Positions 47,999 through 56,656 are shown, counted from the first letter of the stretch. The stretch is DNA of 64,000 nucleotides from an uncultured bacterium (GCA_964434115.1 CAYSSX010000011.1:3605-67604), one strand, 5' to 3'. Made by a program: numbers and translations. Notes: generated by a model not told the origin, from the letters alone.

Positions 47999-48090
47999 AG
48001 CCAGGCCCGGCAGGCTTAAAACGGATGCAATTTTAAAACGAAATCACGGGCGAATGCGGATATTGATGCAGAATCTCTTAATGGGGCAGC

Positions 48091-48375
48091 ATGTATAAGA
48101 TCGATCAAAAGGCCGTTGTCTGGAAAAAAACGGAATCCGAAGTGGTGCTCCTTAATCTAAGCACCGGACACTACTACACACTCAATGCGGCAGGCCTTGT
48201 GTTGTGGGACGGAGTTCTTAAAAAGCTTTCACCCGAGAAGATCGCTCGAAAACTGGAATCAGAGTTCGAGGTGGAATACAAAACCGCCTTTAAGGACACG
48301 CTCGAATGTCTTGATCAGCTGACCCAAGAGGGAATCATCACGAGACCGCCTACGCCTTCAACTAAAAAGAAATAA
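48091..48375 (+). CDS. PqqD-family protein (second RRE-like paralogue)
   Basis: 94 aa. MYKIDQKAVVWKKTESEVVLLNLSTGHYYTLNAAGLVLWDGVL...LESEFEVEYKTAFKDTLECLDQLTQEGII is the PqqD pattern. It starts 92 nt after the peptide gene. Confidence 0.8.
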   Translation: MYKIDQKAVVWKKTESEVVLLNLSTGHYYTLNAAGLVLWDGVLKKLSPEKIARKLESEFEVEYKTAFKDTLECLDQLTQEGIITRPPTPSTKKK

Positions 48376-48393
48376 CCCGGCCGAATTCTCCCC

Positions 48394-49479
48394 ATGGTGG
48401 ATATCGTCATCGTCACTTATAATGCGCGGTCCGAGCTCATGAAATGCCTTGAGTCGGTCCGGCGTTATACGCCCGCTTCAATGTATAAATTATATGTTGT
48501 TAATAATGCCAGCAGCGACGGCACCCGCCAATATCTTGATCAAACCCGCCTTGTGAATGGTCAGTTTTTTCATCTTCCCCGGAACCTTGGGTTCTCGGGT
48601 GCAGCCAATTGGATAATCCCAAAGCTAAAATCGGCAGACGTAGTTTTTTTGGATGACGACGCCAGGGCCACCCCAGGCTGGCTTTCCGGGCTTGTCCGTT
48701 CGGTGAAAAAATCAAAAAAAACCGGCATGGTGGGCTGCAAGATTATTTATCCAGACAAAAAAATTTTTTCGTGCGAGGTTCGGTTTGGGCCGAGAAGAAT
48801 CTTATTTTTTAAAGACAGGGACCTGGGGCAGGCCGACTACGTTAAAGAAGTGGATGCTCTGGCGGGTGCCTGCTTTCTTGTCCCGCGAAAGATTTTGAAA
48901 AAAATAGGCCCCTTTGACGAAAGTTTCTTTCCCTGTCAGGGAGAAGACTGGGATTATTGTCTTCGAATCCGGAAAGCCGGCTATAAAATTATCTACAATG
49001 GCAAAGTAAGTATTATTCACAGTAATCTTTTCCGTGCGGGCGGCGAAAAAGTAAATAAAGAAAACAAAACCCGGTTCTATGAAAAGTGGAATGCGTATCT
49101 TGCTAAGCACTTTCCGCGCAAAGACAGCCACTTTGCAGACAGACTTATGTCGAAAGCGATTGCCGCGCTTGAGGCCGGCGACAGCGAAAGGGCCTTAAAG
49201 ATCTCCGGCAAGCTGGCCAAGAGCCGCCCCGAACTTGTTGAGCTGTGGGTTCCCGCGCTTGCCTATATAAGACTTCAAAATTTCAAGAAAGCCTTACCGA
49301 AGTTAAAAGAAATTATAAAAAGGAATCCGGATAACTATTCCGCACGGAGTTACCTTACCCTCTGTTTGCGCAGCCTGGGGATGAAGGGCGAAGCGGAGGC
49401 GTACACGGAGAAGATGCTTGCCTGCGTCACAAAGAACATAGACAAAAAAAGAGCCGCCGTTTCAAGGGGCAAACCTTGA
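48394..49479 (+). CDS. GT2 glycosyltransferase with a C-terminal TPR-like helical domain (SunS-like architecture)
   Basis: N-terminus: MVDIVIVTYNARSELMKCLESV...NNASSDGT...VVFLDDDA (GT-A fold, DxD). C-terminal ~110 aa have TPR-like repeats (AIAALEAGDSERALKISGKLAKSRPELVELW...LQNFKKALPKLKEIIKRNPDNYSARSYL). Confidence 0.7.
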   Translation: MVDIVIVTYNARSELMKCLESVRRYTPASMYKLYVVNNASSDGTRQYLDQTRLVNGQFFHLPRNLGFSGAANWIIPKLKSADVVFLDDDARATPGWLSGLVRSVKKSKKTGMVGCKIIYPDKKIFSCEVRFGPRRILFFKDRDLGQADYVKEVDALAGACFLVPRKILKKIGPFDESFFPCQGEDWDYCLRIRKAGYKIIYNGKVSIIHSNLFRAGGEKVNKENKTRFYEKWNAYLAKHFPRKDSHFADRLMSKAIAALEAGDSERALKISGKLAKSRPELVELWVPALAYIRLQNFKKALPKLKEIIKRNPDNYSARSYLTLCLRSLGMKGEAEAYTEKMLACVTKNIDKKRAAVSRGKP

Positions 49480-50537
49480 GCATACAACCGCTGAAGATAG
49501 AGCCTGTTTTCATTATGAGCTCAGAGAGATCAGGCAGCAATTTGCTCCGCGTGCTGCTTTCAAATCATCCGAACATTCATTCGGCGCCGGCCCCGCATTT
49601 TTTGAAGATTTTCCACACCATAATCTCATCTTATGGAGACCTGTCGGATCGAGGGAACGTCGAAACCCTTTTTTTTGACATGGCCAATTTTGTCAGTGAC
49701 GAGGGGACCGCGTGGAACACGAAGTTCGACTTCAAAACGCTCTATGAAGAGTTCAGGCCGAAAAGCTTTCTGGACTGCTTCCACCTTTTTTACACGGTAA
49801 ACACCCGCGAAAGCGGGAAGCAGAGATTTGTTGTGAAAGAAAACAACCTTTTCGATTTTGCTTTCCAGCTTGTTCATTATTATGGATCGCCTAAGTTTAT
49901 ATACTTGTACCGGGACCCGAGAGACTATGCCGCATCCTGGATGCGGCTGTCCCACAATACCTTAACGCCCTATGCGGCCGCGGTAAGATGGGCGTACGAA
50001 CAGGAAAAGTGCCTTGAGCTGATGGATGGATTCGGTCTAAAGGCTTTTCCAGTTAAATACGAGGAGTTGATTACAGATACGGCTCAGGTGATGAGTGGTG
50101 TGCTCCGGCATCTTGAGGAGCCGGATACCGATCTTTGCTGCCAGGTAGACACCCGAAAAACAGCGTGCTTTGCCTGGAACGAGAGCTGGGCCAACATCGC
50201 GCAGCCGGTCCTCAAAAACAACAGCGGCCGATACAGGTTTTTTTTGAAGAAAAAAGATATCCTGATCATTGAGAGTGCGGCTAAAGCGCCGATGCTGAAA
50301 CTGGGGTACGCGTTAGAAACCCGGGCTGACTGGAAACCTTCCATGGCGTTCCGGTGGACAGAGAAGGTGCGCGGCAGAATAAAGCGCTTTCAGGCTTCAG
50401 TGAATCGAAACAGAACAAAGGATTTCTTAGACATGAAAAAAAATCTGGTGGAAAGCATCCGCGCGCGGCAGCGTGGTTTGGCTGACAGCAGCGCCTCCCG
50501 CGGCGGGACTCGAAATCCTGGCGGAGGGAAGGCGTGA
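49476..50537 (+). CDS. Sulfotransferase-family protein
   Basis: PVFIMSSERSGSNLLRVLL is a 5'-PSB-like motif (P.F.I.G..RSGTT) and RDPRDYAASWMR is 3'-PB-like. The start overlaps the upstream stop. Confidence 0.65.
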   Translation: MSIQPLKIEPVFIMSSERSGSNLLRVLLSNHPNIHSAPAPHFLKIFHTIISSYGDLSDRGNVETLFFDMANFVSDEGTAWNTKFDFKTLYEEFRPKSFLDCFHLFYTVNTRESGKQRFVVKENNLFDFAFQLVHYYGSPKFIYLYRDPRDYAASWMRLSHNTLTPYAAAVRWAYEQEKCLELMDGFGLKAFPVKYEELITDTAQVMSGVLRHLEEPDTDLCCQVDTRKTACFAWNESWANIAQPVLKNNSGRYRFFLKKKDILIIESAAKAPMLKLGYALETRADWKPSMAFRWTEKVRGRIKRFQASVNRNRTKDFLDMKKNLVESIRARQRGLADSSASRGGTRNPGGGKA

Positions 50538-51517
50538 TTAAAAAAATATTCACGACAGCTTACCTGCGTATTGAACTTCAAACAAACTCCCGCCAGGTTG
50601 CAGCTCTGTTAAGCCGGTCGATGAGTTTTGGCGTCCGGCCGGAGAAAAGCGCCGTGAAAATTTCCTTCTTTATTACGCACGTCCCCAAATCAAGTTTTGG
50701 AGATGGCGATTATTCCTACCACCGCTTGCGCAGCAGGGAAGGGATCGCCACTCGCCTTCATCATGGATGTTTGGCCTCAGTGTCGGTTGATGAGAAAAGA
50801 ATGAGGGTTACGGGTGCGGTTTATGATTTGAAAGAAAAACACCATCCGCGTCTCGCTCAAACACTTTTTATCGACCCCCTTATTCAGCTGCTCAGCCTTC
50901 ATGGCTACCAGTTTCTCCACTGTGCACTGATCGAGAAGGGCGGCGAATGCGTTCTTGTATCGGGGCCGTCTGGAAGCGGTAAGAGCACCCTGTCTTTAGC
51001 CCTTGCCATGCACGGAGCAAAGCTGCTGACCGACGACAAGTGCCTTTTTAGATTTAACCCGGAAGGGGGCTGTACATTTTTGGCGATGCGGCAAAGCATT
51101 GGTGTTCAGCCGCATCTCTGGAGAAAATTTTCAGCGATAAGAAAATTTCCTTCAGAAATCGATTGTGACGGCAAGCGAAGGCGTATCCCGGCAGACTCTT
51201 TTGGGAAACAGTCCGCCGATCAATTTAAGTTTGCCCCCAAGGCGATTCTTTTCCCGAAGTTCAGAAAAGGCGGGAAGGTTAGAATGAAAAGCCTTTCCGC
51301 CAAAGAAGCACTTAAACGTCTGTGGGCCGACAAAAGCAATGCCTGTAATGCGGGGCGAAACAAGAAAAGTCTTAGCGAAGCCCTTTTCAGCCTTCATCAG
51401 CTGACAAAACAAACCCCGGCTTACCAGGTTTTTTATAACGATCCAGAGGTTGGAAAAATCGGAAGCCTTGTGGAGCCTTTGTTTGCGGGCCGCGGCCAGT
51501 TTCATGAATCCCGGTAA
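50534..51517 (+). CDS. HPr-kinase-like (HprK-related) P-loop kinase, the third in the locus
   Basis: FLHCALIEKGGECVLVSGPSGSGKSTLSLALAMHGAKLLTDDKCLF. GTG start overlapping the sulfotransferase stop. Confidence 0.6.
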   Translation: MIKKIFTTAYLRIELQTNSRQVAALLSRSMSFGVRPEKSAVKISFFITHVPKSSFGDGDYSYHRLRSREGIATRLHHGCLASVSVDEKRMRVTGAVYDLKEKHHPRLAQTLFIDPLIQLLSLHGYQFLHCALIEKGGECVLVSGPSGSGKSTLSLALAMHGAKLLTDDKCLFRFNPEGGCTFLAMRQSIGVQPHLWRKFSAIRKFPSEIDCDGKRRRIPADSFGKQSADQFKFAPKAILFPKFRKGGKVRMKSLSAKEALKRLWADKSNACNAGRNKKSLSEALFSLHQLTKQTPAYQVFYNDPEVGKIGSLVEPLFAGRGQFHESR

Positions 51518-52484
51518 AACCTTCTTTTCAGGCCGGGCCGATTCCCCGGAACTCTGGCGAAAATTTATTGACCCCGCGGATTGGTCCGAAGCGGTAAGGC
51601 AATTCCCCAGCGCCCCCTGGAAGCTTTATTTGATGCCCGCAGGGCAGTACACCCCCAAAGAGTGGAATCATTTTAAGCGGGCTGTGCGCTGGGTCTGGAA
51701 AAAGGCCGCGGAGAACCGGAGCCAGAGGCGTGAAAAACTTTCGGTACGGGATCTATTAAAAATCAATGCCCTTGTTATCTTTGGGGATTCCACCCTTTGG
51801 CGGAAAACCTTGCGGAATAACCGGCCGATTTTCAATTACCGGACGACTGAGGAAATCCTGCGGGTTTATGAGAGCGGTTCATGCCTTTACCGCAATGGTG
51901 ATGGACTTCCCTTACGCATTGATGGATTTTGGCCCGCCGAAGCAGCCTCCCTGGATTTTTTTACCTGCTGCAGGGCGCTTGCAGCGACGCCTTTTGATAA
52001 AAACCCCAAACAATGGGAAAAGGTTCTGCGGCATTTCAAAACCTTGCTTCATCAGAAAGTCTCAGGACGCGGTGAAAAATGGCAGGTCTACTTTACGACG
52101 AGGCGCAAAGACCTGATTAAGCAGCTGGAAATTATTTTGGACTGGTATCAGGCGCAAGCGAATCGTCTTCTTGCCGCCCAGGAAAGCGCAGGCTTTCACC
52201 CTCGTGAGGTCCTTGAACTGGCAGTCAAAATGCAGCGCTACGTTGACATGACCCAGTTCTGTATGGATGGCTCCGGCAGAACAAGCAAACTGGTTCAGGA
52301 GTATATTTTTCTGCGTTTTGGGTACTTCCCCCCAAAGCCCGTTTATTATGAGGCGTACCGGCGAGGCTGGGAAAATGGCACTTACCTCCCATTAAAGAAA
52401 GCGATCCAGATGCAGCGGCGAGGCTGGACGGCTGTTCGGCTAAACAGTCCGGGCAAGCGCCCAGCCAAAGGCCGCTCGGATTGA
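51504..52484 (+). CDS. Hypothetical protein (the start is probably the ATG at 51504, not 51450)
   Basis: ~326-aa ORF, last gene of the co-directional block. No confident motif. Confidence 0.4.
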   Translation: MNPGKTFFSGRADSPELWRKFIDPADWSEAVRQFPSAPWKLYLMPAGQYTPKEWNHFKRAVRWVWKKAAENRSQRREKLSVRDLLKINALVIFGDSTLWRKTLRNNRPIFNYRTTEEILRVYESGSCLYRNGDGLPLRIDGFWPAEAASLDFFTCCRALAATPFDKNPKQWEKVLRHFKTLLHQKVSGRGEKWQVYFTTRRKDLIKQLEIILDWYQAQANRLLAAQESAGFHPREVLELAVKMQRYVDMTQFCMDGSGRTSKLVQEYIFLRFGYFPPKPVYYEAYRRGWENGTYLPLKKAIQMQRRGWTAVRLNSPGKRPAKGRSD

Positions 52485-52694
52485 GCGCGTATTCATCCCG
52501 GTTGGATGCGCCTCGAACCCGTTAAAGATCGCCCCGGTTTCAGAGGCTAGACAAAACAATTTTCCTTCTATACAAAACACCTCCTTTTTAGGTATACTTT
52601 CCGGCCTTAAGGCGCGAAGCAGTTGCCCATAAGCAGCGGCCTTTGAAACAGACCCTTTAGGGCTTCCGTGGTAAGACATCGCAAGTCTCTTTGT

Positions 52695-52700
52695 TATAAT
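52695..52700 (+). promoter_or_regulatory. Candidate -10 box (TATAAT) for tRNA-Arg
   Basis: Perfect TATAAT, 15 nt upstream of the mature tRNA 5' end. Confidence 0.35.
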
Positions 52701-52715
52701 ACTTTGCAAGTTCAT

Positions 52716-52789
52716 GCGCCCGTAGCTCAACTGGATAGAGCATCTGACTACGGATCAGAAGGTTAGAGGTTCGACTCCTCTCGGGCGCA
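52716..52789 (+). tRNA. tRNA-Arg (anticodon ACG)
   Basis: GCGCCCGTAGCTCAACTGGATAGAGCATCTGACTACGGATCAGAAGGTTAGAGGTTCGACTCCTCTCGGGCGCA. Cloverleaf with anticodon loop CT-ACG-GA, 74 nt. Confidence 0.85.
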
Positions 52790-52855
52790 TATTTATTAAG
52801 CCCTAACCAGAAGGAACTCTTCTGGTTATTTTTTTGCGAAAAGGCAGAGGCCCGA

Positions 52856-53350
52856 ATGAAAAAAACCCCCCAGGATCTCCATGAGCATTTTATGCTGGAA
52901 GCGCTGAAGCAGGCGCAAAAGGCGTTTGATGCCGGCGAAGTTCCCGTGGGGGCTGTGATGGTTTATGAGAATAAGATTATTGCCCGGGCCTATAATCAGA
53001 TGGAGCTGCTGAAAGACCCCACCGCGCACGCTGAAATTGTGGCCATGACACAGGCCTCCGAAACACTTTCCCATCAGAATGAAAATCATCGCGGTTCCCT
53101 TGAAAATGCCACGCTTTATGTGACCCTTGAGCCCTGCCTGATGTGTTCGGGAGCGCTGATCAATACGAAATGTAAAAGCCTGGTCTATGGAACACCGGAC
53201 CCTCGCGCGGGAGCGTGCGGCAGTCTTTACAATGTGGTTCAGGATGACAGGCTGAACCACAGGCTTCAAGTCACGAGCGGTGTTTTGGCTGAGGAGTCCA
53301 AGTTTCTTCTCAAAGAGTTCTTTCGGACGCTGCGCAAAGAACAGCGGTAG
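52856..53350 (+). CDS. tadA: tRNA-specific adenosine deaminase TadA
   Basis: 164 aa. HAEIVAM and LEPCLMCSGAL, the CDA-fold zinc ligand motifs (H-A-E / P-C-x-x-C). Confidence 0.85.
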   Translation: MKKTPQDLHEHFMLEALKQAQKAFDAGEVPVGAVMVYENKIIARAYNQMELLKDPTAHAEIVAMTQASETLSHQNENHRGSLENATLYVTLEPCLMCSGALINTKCKSLVYGTPDPRAGACGSLYNVVQDDRLNHRLQVTSGVLAEESKFLLKEFFRTLRKEQR

Positions 53351-53513
53351 AATCAAACCAGAGCTTGATTCTTTCGGATAAAATTGATTAAATGAACCCT
53401 CTTTGACCTCCCCGAAGGACTGGAGGAGGATCTCCCGGGTCTTCTTAAGGAAAATCCCGTCTTTATTTTCAAGGCGCCAAGCAGCTTGTGTGCAGGCTCA
53501 TTGAGTTCATTTT

Positions 53514-53603
53514 GGAGAGGTCGCATAGCCCGGTCGAGTGCGCTCGCTTGGAAAGCGAGTAGACCGCAAGGTCTCAAGGGTTCGAATCCCTTCCTCTCCG
53601 CCA
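53514..53603 (+). tRNA. tRNA-Ser (anticodon GGA), with encoded CCA
   Basis: GGAGAGG acceptor, anticodon loop TT-GGA-AA, long variable arm, T-loop GGTTCGAATCC, 3' CCTCTCC-G-CCA. Confidence 0.8.
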
Positions 53604-53652
53604 TTTCCCCAGCCTGTCCTTTCTGGCAGGCTGGGGGAGTTCTCTGAAAAAG

Positions 53653-53941
53653 GGATTCGAAGCCGACCCAAGCGCCGTAAGGATGAAGCGAGGGCGGCCG
53701 GCTTCGGAGGAGGCCGCTGACAAGCGGACGGGGGAGAAGGAATCCCGCATTCATCATTCATCCTCATTTTTCGGCAAGGTTTCATGAATTGGATTCGAAG
53801 CCGACCCAAGCGCCGTAAGGATGAAGCGAGGGCGGCCGGCTTCGGAGGAGGCCGCTGACAAGCGGGCGGGGGAGAAGGAACCCCGCATTCATCCTCATTT
53901 TTCGACAAGGTTTCATGAATGCCGACCCGAGCGCATTTTTA
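53653..53941. repeat. Tandem direct repeat of unknown function, ~138-bp unit, 2.1 copies, between tRNA-Ser(GGA) and the ABC exporter
   Basis: Copy 1, 53653-53790, begins ggattcgaagccgacccaagcgccgtaaggatgaagcgagggcggccggcttcggaggaggccgctgacaagcgg. Copy 2, 53791-53920, is near-identical but 7 nt shorter. A truncated third start, tgccgacccgagcgc, lies at 53921-53935. Confidence 0.8.
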
Positions 53942-53957
53942 ACCGTACCCCCGCTTA

Positions 53958-54896
53958 GTGACCATGACCCCAGCCATAGCCATACAAAACCTGACCAAAT
54001 TTTATAAACAGTTCAAAGCCCTCGACGGTGTTTCTTTTGAAGTTGAACCGGGAGCCTTCTTCGGCTTTTTGGGCCCCAACGGTGCGGGCAAAACAACCAC
54101 CATTGGCGTTTTGACCGGGCTTGCCAACTTTCAGACCGGGGATGTCCGAGTTTTCGGCCATGACGTGAGGTCCGGGTACCGGGAAACGCGGCGTCTCATT
54201 GGACTGGTTCCGCAGGAGTTTAATTTTGATCCGTTTCTTTCCGCGGAGCAGATTTTGACTTTTGAGGGCGGATATTTCGGCCTGCCCAGGGCAGAAGCGA
54301 AAAAGCGCGCGCATGAACTCCTGAAGGTCTTTGACCTTTGGGAAAAGCGGACCGGGAACTATAAGAAACTTTCCGGGGGGATGAAGCGCCGGCTTTTAAT
54401 TGCCCGGGCCCTTATGCACAGTCCTAAAATCCTGATCCTGGATGAGCCCACGGCCGGGGTGGATCTCGAACTTCGTCATCATCTCTGGGATTTTCTGAGG
54501 AAGCTCAACGAAAAAGGGACCACCATTTTTTTGACAACACATTATATCGAAGAAGCGGAAAAACTTTGCAGCCGGATCGGCGTTATCCATCAAGGGAGCA
54601 TGGTTGCTCTTGATAACACCGAAGTGCTGATTCAAAAAATGGCAGGCGATCAGGTGGAGCTTTATTTTAAACGGCCCCTCCAGGCTCTCCCGGAGCTTCT
54701 AAAAAAACTCCCTGTTTTTCTTGAGGAAAACGGAAGCCGGCTTCGCTTTGAAGAGAAACATCAAATCGTTTCCGCCGTGCTGAAAATTCTTCATGACGAA
54801 AAGCTTGAAGTGGATCGGCTGGACGTGCGGAGGCCGACCTTGGAAGACGCCTTCCTGAAGCTTGTCGCAAAGGGAAACGGAGCGATTAAAGTATGA
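53958..54896 (+). CDS. ABC transporter ATP-binding protein (ABC-2 exporter type)
   Basis: Walker A GPNGAGKTT, signature LSGGMKRRL, Walker B ILILDEPT. Confidence 0.85.
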   Translation: MTMTPAIAIQNLTKFYKQFKALDGVSFEVEPGAFFGFLGPNGAGKTTTIGVLTGLANFQTGDVRVFGHDVRSGYRETRRLIGLVPQEFNFDPFLSAEQILTFEGGYFGLPRAEAKKRAHELLKVFDLWEKRTGNYKKLSGGMKRRLLIARALMHSPKILILDEPTAGVDLELRHHLWDFLRKLNEKGTTIFLTTHYIEEAEKLCSRIGVIHQGSMVALDNTEVLIQKMAGDQVELYFKRPLQALPELLKKLPVFLEENGSRLRFEEKHQIVSAVLKILHDEKLEVDRLDVRRPTLEDAFLKLVAKGNGAIKV

Positions 54897-55657
54897 AGAT
54901 CAGCGTGGGTTTTAAAACCCTTGTGGAGCGGGAAGTTTTTCGCTTTTTCTCCGTCTTCAGCCAGACGATTTTCCCGCCCGTGGTCTCAAGCTTTCTCTAT
55001 ATTTTTATTTTTGGGTACTCTTTGGGAGCTCGGATCGAAACGGTTCACGGGTTCCCATATCTTGTTTTCCTGGTTCCCGGGCTTGTCATGATGTACGTCA
55101 TTGAAGGGGCCTACGCGAACACCTCCAGCTCGCTGTTTATTTCCAGATGGGCAAATAATATCGAGGAACTCCTGGTGACGCCGCTTTCTTATTTAGAAAT
55201 GGTTCTTGCGATTTTAATCGGCGGGCTGGCCCGAAGCCTTGTCACGGCCTTTGGAGTTTACCTCGTGTCCTTGTGTTTTGTCAGATTCGAGATAGCGCAT
55301 CCGGGCCTGGTGCTTTTTTTTATGATTTTTGTTTCGCTAAGTTTTTCTGCTGCGGGTATGATTGTGGCGCTGTTTGCCGAGGAGTTTGAACACCTGACGA
55401 TTGCGACAACCTTTGTAATCACACCACTTGTTTTTCTGGGAGGTGTTTTTCACTCCTTGGACATGGTGCCTCAAGCGCTCCGCGGCGTGACCATTTTTAA
55501 TCCGATGTTTTACATGGTCAACGGCCTGCGCTATGGAATACTCGGAACCTCAGATGTTCCGGTGGGGCTGTGTGCGGCGGTCGTGACCGTGCTTTTTTTC
55601 GCCTTATTCTTTTTCACCGTATTTCTTTTTAAGACAGGTTATAAACTGAGAAAATAG
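54893..55657 (+). CDS. ABC-2 family transporter permease
   Basis: 254 aa, six hydrophobic segments, overlapping the ATPase stop. Confidence 0.75.
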   Translation: MKISVGFKTLVEREVFRFFSVFSQTIFPPVVSSFLYIFIFGYSLGARIETVHGFPYLVFLVPGLVMMYVIEGAYANTSSSLFISRWANNIEELLVTPLSYLEMVLAILIGGLARSLVTAFGVYLVSLCFVRFEIAHPGLVLFFMIFVSLSFSAAGMIVALFAEEFEHLTIATTFVITPLVFLGGVFHSLDMVPQALRGVTIFNPMFYMVNGLRYGILGTSDVPVGLCAAVVTVLFFALFFFTVFLFKTGYKLRK

Positions 55658-55672
55658 CCAGGAGCAGGCCTT

Positions 55673-56656
55673 ATGCTGACCACCTATCTCTACCGTAAAG
55701 AGCAGCCTTTGAAAAAAGAGGCCAGCCGTGCGGAAATGTTCGCGGCCCTCAAAGACCCGGAAAGCCTTTTGTGGGTCGACCTGGAAGACCCCACGGATTT
55801 TGAGACGGAGCTGCTGGTGGAGATTTTTAATTTTCATCCGCTCGCGATCGAAGACTGCCTTTGCGATCATTCCGAGCCCAAAATGGATGACTATGAAGAG
55901 CACTTGTTTATTGTTGTTCATGCCGTGAACATCGAGAAGGATGAAGAAAAAGAACTGGATCAGCTGATGAGCCGCGAGCTGAATATTTTCTTCGGAAAAA
56001 ATTATATTGTGACACTGCACAAAACCCCGATTAAGACCATGATGCAGGTCCGCGCCGCCATTGAAAAAAGACCGGAGAAGATGCTGGGCCATGGCTCGGA
56101 CCTTCTCCTCCATGAGATTCTGGACCGCCTGGTCGATAACTATCAGCCCGCGCTTGATCACTTTGACGTGAAGATTGATAAATTGGAAGAAGACCTGTTC
56201 AGTAACGACTCACGGGATTATCTCGCTACGATCATGCAGGCAAAGCGCGATGTTTTTAACCTCCGCAGGCTTATTTCTCCCCAGAGGGATCTCCTTAATA
56301 ACCTTACACGCATCCACACGGATTTTATTACCCCAAACCACATGATGTATTTCCGCGATGTGTATGACCACCTTCTCCGTGTCTACGGACTTACGGAGAG
56401 CTTCCATGAATCCCTTTCGAACATTCTGCAGGTTTACTTTTCCTATTCGTCGAACAAACTGAATGAGATCATTAAACATATGACCGTCATGGCCACCTTG
56501 ACGATGCCGTCAGTGATTGTGGCCAGTATTTACGGAATGAATTTTGAACACATGCCGGAACTTCACTGGCGATACGGGTATCATTTCTCAATATTTCTTT
56601 CGCTGTTCATTTCCGCGTCCCTGCTGCTTTGGATGAAAATTAAAAAATGGATCTGA
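55673..56656 (+). CDS. corA: Magnesium/cobalt transporter CorA
   Basis: 327 aa. C-terminal two TM segments with the YGMNFEHMPEL GMN motif. Confidence 0.85.
   Translation: MLTTYLYRKEQPLKKEASRAEMFAALKDPESLLWVDLEDPTDFETELLVEIFNFHPLAIEDCLCDHSEPKMDDYEEHLFIVVHAVNIEKDEEKELDQLMSRELNIFFGKNYIVTLHKTPIKTMMQVRAAIEKRPEKMLGHGSDLLLHEILDRLVDNYQPALDHFDVKIDKLEEDLFSNDSRDYLATIMQAKRDVFNLRRLISPQRDLLNNLTRIHTDFITPNHMMYFRDVYDHLLRVYGLTESFHESLSNILQVYFSYSSNKLNEIIKHMTVMATLTMPSVIVASIYGMNFEHMPELHWRYGYHFSIFLSLFISASLLLWMKIKKWI

Noticed and set aside
48001-48030. Stem-loop aagcc-aggcccggca-ggctt between peptide B and PqqD2, considered as an attenuator or terminator
   Set aside because: Five-bp stem, followed by A-run not T-run on the coding strand. 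Insufficient for an intrinsic terminator. Possibly an mRNA processing or stability element, but unsupported.
51450-52484. Fic/Doc-like motif (QFCMDGSGRTSK vs HPFxDGNGRxxR) in the last gene of the locus
   Set aside because: Only the DGxGR core matches. The catalytic His and the conserved Phe are out of register, and no flanking Fic-fold helices could be recognised by eye. Too weak to call.
53353-53908. Track ORFs 53353..53757(-) and 53507..53908(-) encoding a 'repeat protein' (…PPPACQRPPPKPAALASSLRRLGRLRI… twice)
   Set aside because: They overlap tRNA-Ser(GGA) on the other strand. They are simply the translation of the 138-bp tandem DNA repeat. The repetition is at DNA level and no start or RBS context supports them.
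53653-53941. Considered whether the tandem repeat could be a CRISPR array
   Set aside because: Only ~2 copies of a 138-bp unit, directly abutting with no unique spacers and no cas genes in the window. This is not CRISPR architecture.
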